This document shows, in pieces, positions 49,501 to 61,500 of a stretch of DNA of 64,000 bases. The notes below the pieces were generated by a model. It had not been told where the DNA came from, made no database searches, and saw only the letters and a program-made list of their open reading frames with translations. Each line of letters begins with the position of its first letter. Position 1 is the stretch's first letter. The DNA is from Octopus sinensis (lineage: Eukaryota), in assembly GCF_006345805.1 (NCBI RefSeq), contig NC_042997.1, positions 129,208,001-129,272,000 of the forward strand, given 5' to 3'. A program made the position numbers and the translations under genes.

Positions 49501-52500
49501 TATGAGGAAATAGATAAGTTATAAAGACATCTTCAAAAGGTTAAATTAATTTTGGAAAAATAAAGGAGTCGGACTACCTTTGTTAATTCTTTATATAACT
49601 CTGGATATGTCATGGCAATGCCTGCAGAGACATCTTTGTCAAGCACGAGAGAAAATACTGGAAACATTGTGAACACTGTAGCATATCTGAGAGAAGAAAA
49701 ATAATTGAGTGAGAAGATTAATCAATGGAAAAAAGATGCCAACTCAGAAGAGCTGAAAAATGTCATCACAACAGAACTCTCACACAGCAAACATGATTTG
49801 TTAAATAAAGTGAAGAGACCTATTGAGTCAAGCACATCATCAAAATAAAAATCAAATGGAAATTGTAGTTGTGATACCTGTGCCGATGGCACGTAAAAAG
49901 CACCATCGGAATGTGGCCGATGCCAGCGCTGCCTTGACTGGCTTCTGTGCCGGTGGCACGTAAAAAGCACCAACCAATCGTGGCTGCTGCCAACCTCTCC
50001 TGGTACCTGTGCCAGTGGCACATAAAAAGCACCCACTACACTCACGGAGTGGTTGACATTAGGAAGGGCATCCAGCTGTAGAAACACTGCCAGATCAGAC
50101 TGGAGCCTGGTGCAGCCTACTGGCTTCCCAGACCCCGGTCGAACAGTCCAACCCATGCTAGCATGGAAAGCAGATGTTAGACAATGATGATGATAAGTTA
50201 TTATTACTGATTCTGTTAATGCAACCAGTGATTAGAATGATGTATAAACAAAAATTATTCGTTTGAATCGGGTAATTGATGTGGAATTGTGAGTATTGCA
50301 TATAGTTGGGAGAGTAATGATGCTTTCAACCTCTACAGAATGAGTCAATCTCCAGTTGAGTGGAGAAAGACCAACCTTCAGTACAAAAGCTTGATGGTTA
50401 CTACAATAACAACATGGCAAAATCTCTCCAGTAACTCAGATTTTTATGAAACTCAAAGAAATTTAATTAATTTATAAATATGCTTAAATTTCTGTCTTCA
50501 GCTGAAATTAAACTGATTCACTAATCTACTTTAAAATAATACACTTCTGTTCTAAGGAACATTCCCTGAATGCTTCTCCTTAAGATTCAATAAATTTCCT
50601 GTGTATTTTAAATAATTTGATCAGAAATAATTCAAAAATGTTCAATAAAATTGAAAGACTTAAAAAATTTACTTGATTTTGTGTACAAAATGAGACGTTA
50701 TTAGCACAAAAACGCAGAGGATCTGTAAAGACTGGAAAGTAATGAGGTGAGCATGTTCTGCTAGATATATTGTCACCGTGCATGAAATATTAAAGTCTTC
50801 AATATTGGAAATATGGTAGAAATAAACTCAACTCACCCAACCATGAGGAATCCAGGAAACAAAGACACAGAGGCAAAATAAAAGACTGAGCAGAAAACAG
50901 CCTGCATGGCTGTAATGATGAGACCACGGTGGATAACAAACTGGGCCAAAGCTGCTGATCTTTTGTAGCTGAAATCATCACAGAAACATTATTAAGCAAA
51001 AATAGCAGTACTTTATTAGAATCTAATTCCTTGAAACATTTTTACAGCAATACTTCTAGATGCTTATGTAAATTTGAACATCATTGAATTTTTAGTGCAT
51101 ACTCGACAGAGTGTTAGTGCCTGAGAGAAAGGTTGGACCTAAGAAGCATCAGATGTAGTGTGCAAGAGAGACAAGAATGGATGTGGATAGCTGTGTGAAA
51201 AGTGCCACACCCTAGCAGTTGAGAGAACCTGTGGAAGAGGTAGACCCAGGAAGACCTGGGATGAGGTGGTGAAGCATGACCTTCGAACATTGGGCCTCAC
51301 CGAGGCAATGACTAGTGATCGGGACCTCTGGAAATATGCTGCGCTTGAGAAGATGGCAAGCACAAATGAGACCATAACCTTGTGGCCTATGCCAGGGGTG
51401 TAACCAGTCCACTTATGCGTGCCTTTCCTTCACTGGACACTAAACTCTGCTTGCGAAGACCTGTTGAGGCAAGTGAAATTGAAATCAAATTCGATGACAG
51501 GCTAGTGGAGCACTAAGAATACCATACGAGTGAGATCGTTGCCAGAACAACATGCTGGCCTCCGTGCCGATGGCACATTCAAAACACCATTCGAGCGTGA
51601 TCGTTACCTGCGTCGCCTTACTAGCACTTGGCTGGTGGCATGTGAAGAAACATTCAAGAGAGGTCGTTGCCAGTGTCGCTGGATTGGCTCCTGTGCAGGT
51701 GGCACATAAATAGTACCATTTGAGCGTGGCCGTTGCCAGTACCGCCTGACTGGCCCTCATGTGGTGGCACATAAAAGCACCTAACTGTAGAAACTCTGCC
51801 AGATCAAGATTGGAGCCTGGTGCAGCCATCTGGTTCGCCAGTCCTCAATCAAATCGTCCAACCCATGCTAGCATGGAAAGCGGACGTTAAACGATGATGA
51901 TGATCTCATAACACTAAGCTTTAAGTATGAAGTGAAAATGATACCACCTATTTTAGTCAGCTTGACTAAAAACACGCCTTCTGTGATAAACTCATAATTG
52001 CTAGTTAGGGATAATTATGTAAGAGTTATCATAAAATGATGAAACTAACTTAAATATGAAAATACTTTAACAAATAAATTTAGAGTGACTAGAAAATTAA
52101 TGAATTTCTCCTCAAAATCTGCATTTCTATTTTAAAAAAATTGATAAGCAGTTGTAGCTTCAAACTTCTAAAAACATTAATGAGGTCAGCTGAAATAGAA
52201 TATAAAATTAAAGAACAATGTAAAACTCACCTGTTCCTACCATGAACCATGAGAAGATGGCCAATATAACTGAACTGATTTATTGAAAAGTCTGCTGCAA
52301 GAGCTGCCTGTTTGCCTTCCTAAAAAGTAGAAACATTCCACAGTATATTATACTTGCTAAAAATGTTATGTTCATTCAAAGTTATTAGATAATCTCTGGC
52401 AAGAAGATAAAGAGTACAAAAAACTTGTTCGCAATAAGTAATACTGGTTAATATGAGTGAGTAATAATTTGAGTTTCTCTGTCCAAGATTGTAAAATATA

Positions 52501-55500
52501 CATATTATGCTCAGAGCTATGTCTACCCAAAAAATGAAAACATAATCCTTAAAAATCTTGAACCAAATCTCAATTCTTTTTTTTTTTTTTTAATTTCTTC
52601 CAGACTGACCATTCCATTCTCCACAAAATAAGATTCTGAACTAAGTATTTTTTTCAGAATTTGAAAATTATAAACTCCCATTTTTTTTTTCTTTAAGAAA
52701 AACAATTTTATGAATATATTAAAAAAAAATTGACTTAGAACATCTAGTAAAAGTTTTAAATTCCACAAAGCTACTCGTATGCTCTTTATATACTGGTTGA
52801 AATACTCTCACATTCTTAAGCTGTCAAAATTCTCTTTAACATAAAAGATTATATTTATTTTCCCAAATCAGAAATTAAACCTCGAAATTGTCACAAAACT
52901 AACTTTCACTTCAGTTATCTTAAATAAATGGATTAAAGTTACAGGTTATGAAAAAAGAGGTTACCTTTCCAACTATACCAATTCCAGCATCAGCAGCTTG
53001 GATCATACTGACATCATTTCCACCATCGCCTGAATACAATGGTAAATTTGACATAATTAGAATCAATTTTAGAATACAAAAAAGAAAGATTCTCTAAAGT
53101 TTAAAATCAAATAAACCAATCAAGCATGTGACTTTTTTTCTAATACTATTTTGGTGCCATCCCAGTGCACAACAAAATGTGAACAAGAAAAGCTTGAAGG
53201 AAGAAAATAAAAGATAATGAAACGTACCAACAGCACACACTATTTTTCCAATGTGGAGTTTCAGTAATTTCACGATATCAGCTTTCTGAGTTGGTGAACA
53301 TCGACAGACTACAACACAGGGACATTGGCAAGAAAGTTCCACAAATTCATGTTCGTAATAACGTAAGCAAACCTGGATGAAATAGAAAAATCACACAATT
53401 TGTTGAAATATTCACCTTAAAAATTCAATAAATTTTTACTAAAACTCCTCTTCATTTACTTGTCTAATTACAGAAAAATGTTTTTCAAAGATTTCTAAAT
53501 TAAGATGTCTACATGACTTGAAGTAGATTTTACAATTGCATGGCTTTCCTTACACTAATTAGATCTAATTCATCTACATACAATAAGCCAGTAACTCACA
53601 AGCTGACAAATATCAACCTTCACCTATCAAAATAAGAAGGAAGTCGTTTGCTCCACTTCTTTATTAATAAGAAGACAAAATAGGAAAAAGTGTCTGAAAT
53701 GATTATACGATTAAAAAAGGAATCATTTCAAATTATGGTGATTAGATTTATCAGCTTTAAATTACCAAGTTAAGAGACCATAATCTTTCCTGCTAGAGAA
53801 GTCAAAACACTGAGAACACAAAGTATTCAAGAATGAATTCTCTATACAAAGTGAAAAAGATGCCAGACCTGGACGGAGTCTCCACTGATGATAAGAGCAG
53901 AATCGTTCTTTCGTCGAAGTGCATTCAATTCAAGATGAGCCTCATCTCTTGTATCAACCCTTCTAAAGGTATGGATGTCCATGTTACGTGATACCAGTTT
54001 GGAACTCTTAGCAATACAAGTGGCTGTTTCTAATTTGTCTCCAGTTAACATCCAAGTCTGCAAAGTAAAAGACATTTGAAAGAAAACTCAATTGTAGCCT
54101 GTTAATAATTAGGCAAAATATCTTGTGAAACATAAAATAACTGACTGAATAATAATCATGAGTGATTAAATCTATAACAAAACTTTATTTAAATATTATT
54201 GAAATAATATATTTATATATAAACAGCAATAAGAAATATACCTAGAATGAAGAGTGTAATTTTTAAATACAGTGCCAGTGGAATGTTAAAAGCACCATTC
54301 GAGCATGATCATTGCCAGGGCCACCTGACTGGCTCCTGTGCCAGTGGCATGTAAAAAGCACCATTTGAGAGTGGTTGATGTCAGTCCCACCTGACTGGCC
54401 TTCATGCCAGTGGCATGTGAAAGCACCCGCTACACTCTCGGAGTGGTTGCCAGATCAGATTGAACCTGGTGCAGCCTTCTGGTTCGCCAGCCCTCAGTCA
54501 AACTGTCAAACCCATGCCAGCATGGAAAGTGGAGTTAAACAACGATGATGATGAGATTCATGGAAAAACATTGGTTTGTGAAAGTTGATAGAGAGTAAAG
54601 GAACAGCTCCAGCAGAAAGAAAATTTCAGCGAAACTAATAACATGAGCTACATGGAATTGCTTTTGATAGTTTCTGGTGTATTCAAGACATCATGATAGC
54701 TTGGTGTTCTTTTAGCCACTAGTATTTAAAGAGTGTAACACCGCTAAAGTGAACTGTTACAAAAGTACATATGCACAAGAGGGAGGACACTGAAAATATC
54801 TCAAGATAGCAGTTTCAATATTAGAGTTAAGATGCTTAAATATATATAGCCATGTTGTCTGACCACAATTACTACAACCTCTATAATTATATTTTAAAGA
54901 GAAATGAATGAGAGGTGTTTAGTAAAAGACAACTTTAGCAACTACTTTAACAGCGCACTTATGTTTTATTGTTTGGTGGATAATGATAAAGATAGACAGA
55001 TACAGGCATGGCTGTGGTTGAGAAGTTTGCTTCTCAACCACATGGTTTCAGGTTCAGTACCACAGCATGACACCTTGGGCAAGTGTCTTCTACAATAACC
55101 CTGAAGTAGATCAAAGCCTTGAGTGGATCTGATGGATGAAAACTGAAAAAAACTCGAGGTATATGTTAATATTTGCATATGTATATGTGTGTGTGAGAAT
55201 GTGCATCTGTTTGTATCTCCTTGTCGTAACTTCATTTGATAGTCATAGATGAGTGTCATTTGTCATATGAGTAATGTCATTAATTTCCAATATTCTTCAA
55301 AAACATATCTGGCCATGGGGAAATATTAACTTGCTTGGAAACAGGTGGGAGTTGGCAACAGGAAGGACATCCAACTGTAGAAAGTGTACCTCAATAAACG
55401 CTGTCTGATCCATGCAAGTATGGAATATTGGATGTTAAAACAATGCTGACAGACATAGACAGAGGACACAAGTGAACTTTCCATATTATGTATCAGGAGA

Positions 55501-58500
55501 ACAAAGTGATAGCAATATTTTTTTATGAGAATTTAGAATGTAGATGTGATAGAGGAAGAACTAAGACTGCCATTTGATGATTCAACCTCACAGATGAAAC
55601 AGCATAAGATCTCAACAGAGAGAAAAGAATGCAAATTTACAGACATCTTGAAACAAACATGCAAGTGTGTCATCTTTTCTTTGCTAGTATGTGTTGGATA
55701 GTTTGACAGGATCCAGCGAGTTGGAAGGCTACATCAAACTCCAGTGTCAGCTTTGGCATTGTTTCTGTGGTTTGATGCCCTTCCTAATGCCAAACACTTC
55801 ACAGTGTGTGCTAGGTACTTTTATTCATGCCACCAGCATTAGTGAAGTTGCCAGGTAATTTTAAAGACAAGAACAGGTAAAAGTCTCCTCAACTAAGTGG
55901 TGGAGGAATATTGAGAGGAAGGGGTAGCTGTATGTCAGGTGTTGAGACATTAAAGTATGGCCGAGGGACAATCCTGAGTGTCTTGCTGTAGAGGAGATGC
56001 ATTATATAGGGAAGGGCAGGAGTAGCTGGCAGGAAGATAGAGATGGTGGTATCTAGAGCATCTCAAGATACAAGATGGTTAGAAATGGGGTCCAGATGAA
56101 TAGAGTGAATGGTGAATGAAGGTGGAAGTGCATTTAATGAAAAAATACTTGTATGGAAAGGGGATATGGTAAGAAATGCATATGCATATAAAAAAGCAAA
56201 TAAAAAAACCTTACTTTGATGCCAGCATTTCTTAATAACTCCAGTGTAGGTCTTACACCATCTTGAAGTTTATCTTCAACTCCTGTAAGACACAAAAGTT
56301 CCATATCTCGCTCTAAACCTTCAATTACAGCTTGCATCTTCACATTTCGATCATGAACACACATTTTAGCTTGGTGATAACGTGTCTGGAAAATAAGAAC
56401 ATAAAATATTCATCAATATTTCTATTCCAACAGTCAAGAAGAATCTATAAAGTCTATGGGTAATATCCTTTTTTTTCCTGTACTAAATGATAAGACAAAC
56501 ACAATTTTCTGATATTGTTGCTATTGTAGTTTATTTTTAGTTCTTTGTAGGACCTCACAATAAAGAACATCTCAGACAAACATTTTCATATGTAGTCGAA
56601 AGACAACCCCACTCATCTGTTATTCACACAATCCTTAAAAGCAACACTTTAATCACCAATATATACATAAGGATCACACTGCTCCAAGTGAACTAATGTA
56701 TAATCTACAGACCATTTATCTCCCCCTGAATTATGTAACCCACCCCCAACACCAGCTCTGATTGCACAGGCTTCCAGCATGTAAGTAGCGTAATGAAACT
56801 GACACTGTTTGTTAACCCTTTCGTTACTATATTTCTGACCAAAATACACCCCTCATGAGTTTCAATTAAATTCTAAAATAATCATGAATCTAGGCTTGTT
56901 TCATTAAATAACTGTAACTTTTTTTACTTATCAACATATTAATGTGATATTTGGAACATAATTAAAGAAAGGGTTCTTAATCAATTCTATTGCATAACTT
57001 TTGTCTCAAAGTGACTTTAATTACAGGTAAATCCAGGTAAATTGAGCAAAAGGTAAAAATATTAAAATTTTTAATTGAGCAAAAGGTAAAAATATTAAAA
57101 TTTTGTTTAAACATCACCATAGAAAATGAATCATCAGCTAATATTCAAATGGGTATGCAACAAAATTTTGATAAAGAAGAATTGTGCACATCACTATATC
57201 ATCAGTTGAATTTAATGCACAACAGGTGTACCATAAAGGTGGAATAAAGTGAAATACTGGAATCCACCGTAAGTTTGACCGAACTAAAGAAATCGGTCAA
57301 AAAATAATATACGGCCCTGGTTATGGTATGGAAGTGATAAATTCCAGACCACATCGTTCCCGAGGCCATGCTGACTAACATTATTTTCCCTGTACAAAAA
57401 CGAAATCCACGCAGTACCCAGTATTTGCTTCACAAATTTTCCGAAATTTGAGCCCCCATTTTGTGTTTGTTTACATTTTGCGTAAGTTTGTTTCCGCATT
57501 GATCGCTTCAAACAGTAACTTCCAGACCACATCATACCCTAAGCCATGCTGACTAACATTAGTTTCCCTGTATAAAAACTAAATCCACAACAGTACCCAG
57601 TATTTGTTTCACAAATTTTCCAATTCGGAATCAATGCTTGATAACATGAAACTCCTATCCATTTTCAAAGTTGAAGAAAAATCGATGCCGAAAAAAAGTG
57701 GAAAAAAATCTCCCAAAATTCAGGGAATTAAAATTACACGTCGATCGTTGTAGAAAACTGTCGATGAACTGTTTACGAAGCATAATCACGTGTTTTCACG
57801 AATGTACTAAAGAGATTTGCTCTGATATTCTCATTTAAATATGAATAGGTAAATTCGGGCGGTTTGGTCACATTAACCAACATTTTTTTCGGGCGGTTTG
57901 GTAACGAAAGGGTTAAAGAATAGAGACACTTCTTTATTCTTGTAATAATGTTATTCACAAAGTTATAGTTTACAACAACTCTTAAGTTAATCACACAACC
58001 ATAACAATGTGACAATCAACAAGACAGACTTGACAAGCTCCACAAGATCACTATATCAGATCAACAGGCTTTTTTTACTATATTCGATAGCATATATGCA
58101 AAATTAGGCCTATAGTGCATACGTTAATGCACTAAAACATTTTTCCATGAATATGCACTACTGAAATTGTGGTGCGTTTAATATGCCTAAGCATCTTTTA
58201 TGCCATCGAATACAGTGTTTTCTTAGAATAACAAAAGAGAAATATTTTCCAAAGTTTGAAAAAGGCATACTAACTTCAAAATCACAGTATTGCTCCTCTG
58301 ACAGGTTCTTCTTGGCTACAACTAAAGTACGCAAACCTTCTCGGGCCATATTTCCACACTGAAATAAAAGATAATCCATTACTATAGGTATTAAATAAGA
58401 ACTTAACATTGTAGATAGCTCCTACAGACAATGTATTTATTTCAATTATGAAATGAAGCTACAACAGTGAAAATTTTATTTCTTTCCAGATTTTGAACTT

Positions 58501-61500
58501 AAGATGGAATAATATTGGATTTTAACATTGGCCAAAATTATTTGGAGGGAGAGGTAGTCAACTTAACTCTGGTATATTACTGGTATATATTTTATCAACT
58601 GCAGAAGGATGAAAGGCAAAGTCAACCCAACAGGATTTGAACTCAAAATATGCAGGGTCAGAGTTAAATACTGGAAAACATTGAAATCCATCACACTGTC
58701 GTTTCTGCTATTCACTGCCCTCAAGCTGGAACACTAATAAAGGTCTCCTCTAGAGTGGTCCATCATAAGCACCAGTCCTTGTTGCAGAGTGGAAGCTTGT
58801 GTGCCTCAATAACCCTGAGAGCTCTGCAAGCAGAGCACAAACTTTTGGTAGGGCTTCCATGTTGCACAGGTAAAACGATAAAAGCCAGACAAATATGACC
58901 ACCTTTTCTCAAAGATAAGAATGGGTTTGCATAGGGCCAACATCTCTACTTTGAAAAAAAAACAAAGTCATAGTAGCATCAATGACAGTTCAAAACCAAC
59001 AAGACCTGAGAGGGGAAGGCCTTCCCTCAGGGAAACACGATGCCCTAAAAATAGTTGGAGGTGAGATATGGACACAGAGCTGAAAAAGGAGAGATCCAAC
59101 TGGAGAAAAGCAGAAAAGACAGCTCAAAATGAAAAACAGAGGAGAAAAGTCATTGACAGCTTCTGCTCCACAGGGAGCAAAGGGCTTAATTGAGTCTGAA
59201 CCAACAGGAATAGAGTAGAAAGAAGGATATATAAAATAATGATTTAAGGACATCCAAATTAATTAAAGTATTCAGATCAAATATTACAAACCTCTTCTTC
59301 AAGCCAATCATTATACTGAACAATAGTTGTCATGACAACATCAGCTCCTTTCAAATAAAATGTGATATCTCCAGTTTGTTCTTCCTGTGAAAGATAATAC
59401 TTTCTTTATTAATATCTTCACTGATCAATATCAACAGGGGATTTTTTTTTTTTTAACAAGAGCTGAAAATATTACATGACATTTTGTGAAAGATATTTTA
59501 TATAGAATATGATTGGAAACTAAATAGATAAATAAATATTTTTAAAAACTCTAAAAACAGATTTTCAGTAGTTACATAATTTTTTGTTGCAAATTGGAGC
59601 AAGTAATGATTGAAAAATACATTGTTAAAGAAACTCAATAGAATTATTTATATGTCAAAGGTTAAATACTAACTTTTACAATAATTCCCATTCGTTTAGA
59701 CTCTGAGGTGAATGGAAACAACTGTAGAACTGAATAATTAATTAGTGTTCCCATAGGGTTTTTCAACTGAATTAAGTTTAGGTCCCGCTTTACCAACGTT
59801 AGACCAACTTCTTCAGTCCATTTCACCAGCGCCACCTAGCAGAAAATACAGAAAAGAATTTTAAAACAAAACAATACATTTTAAAGTATTAAATTTCATT
59901 TAAAAATTAGAAAAAGCAATTTAGCCTAAATTATTGATGTTACAGGCATAACTGTGTGGTAAGAAACTTGCTTCCCAACAGTGAGATCTTGGGTAAGTGT
60001 CATCCACTATAGTCTCAGACCAACCAAACCTTTGTGAGTAGATTTGATAGAAGGAAACTGAGTGGAAGTCTGTCACTCTAAAATACCACCATCAGCATCA
60101 CCCCCAATTGAGAACATTAATAACCTTGGAATCAAAGAAGCAACAACTACAGGACTGCATGAGAACCCTCATAAACAACCAAAAAGCTGCAGAGAAAGCC
60201 TGGGCTATTAAAAACATCAAGAATAATCCTAAGGTGTTTTACTCTTTTTCAAAAACACATCGGACAAGAGTTTCCTTTATTGGCCCACTGGATGACGGAA
60301 ACAGCATCCTTCACAGTGGTGCCAAAGACATGGCTGAGATCCTGCAAAGTCAATACTGCTCTGTTTTTAGTGACCCTGATTCAGTTGATTCAAGCAGCTT
60401 TGCTTCTTTGAATCCTCAACATGTCCTTTCCGACATAGCCCTTGATACCCCTGATATCCTAGCAGCAAAAAACGAAATGAAATCTGATTCAGCAGTGGAT
60501 CCAGACAGGTTCCCTGCTAGAATGCTGAAGGAATGCAGACAGCAACTTGCACCTCCTCTTGCAAATCTCTGAAGGAAATCATTGCCGGTTTTATTCCTCA
60601 AAACCGTCTCTTCCAATCATCATCATCATCGTTTAACGTTCGCTTCCCATGCTAGCATGGGTTGGACAATTTGACTGAGGTCTGGCGAACCAGATGGCTG
60701 CACTAGACTCCAATCTGATCTGGCAGAGTTTCTACAGCTGGATGCCCTTCCTAACACTAACCACTCCGAGAGTGTAGTGGGTGCTTTTATGTGCCACCGG
60801 CACGAGGACCAGCCAGGCGGTACTGGTAGCGGCTACACTCAAATGGTGCTTTTTATGTGCCACCTGCACATGGGCCAGTCCAGCGGCACTGGCAACGACC
60901 TAGCTCAAATGTTTTTTAGGCTGATATTTAGAGGATGGGGTTAGCCAAATACATTGACCCCAGCACCCTATCTCATTGTAAAAACTAATTACTATTTTAC
61001 CAAAAGAAGGTAAAATGACCTTTTTGACATGACAACAGTAAAATGTTTAGATAACAAGATCAATCGTTCCTAATTTTAAAAAGGGGTATAAATCGCTCCC
61101 TGTAAACTACCATCCAATCTCACTCACCTCACATATCATCAAAGTATTTGAGAGTTTTGAGATCAAGAATAACAGCCTTCCTAGAACAAAATCATCTCCT
61201 AAATTGCAACCAGCATGGCTTTCGTGGTGGGAGGGACTAACACAGCTCCTCCACCACGAATGTCATATAGCTAGATTTCAACAAGGCCTTTGACAGAGTC
61301 AACCACAACATACTGTTAAGGAAACTATCCAACGCTGGAGTCAGTGGAAAGCTACTTCAATGGATTAGGTATTTCCTAACAAACAAGACACAGCATGTTG
61401 TGGTTGATGGCATCCACTAAAGACCAACAAAAGTGCTGGGTCCACTTCTTTTTATTGTTCTTGCATTTGTCAACTGCTGCTTGACAACTAGTATTTTGTT

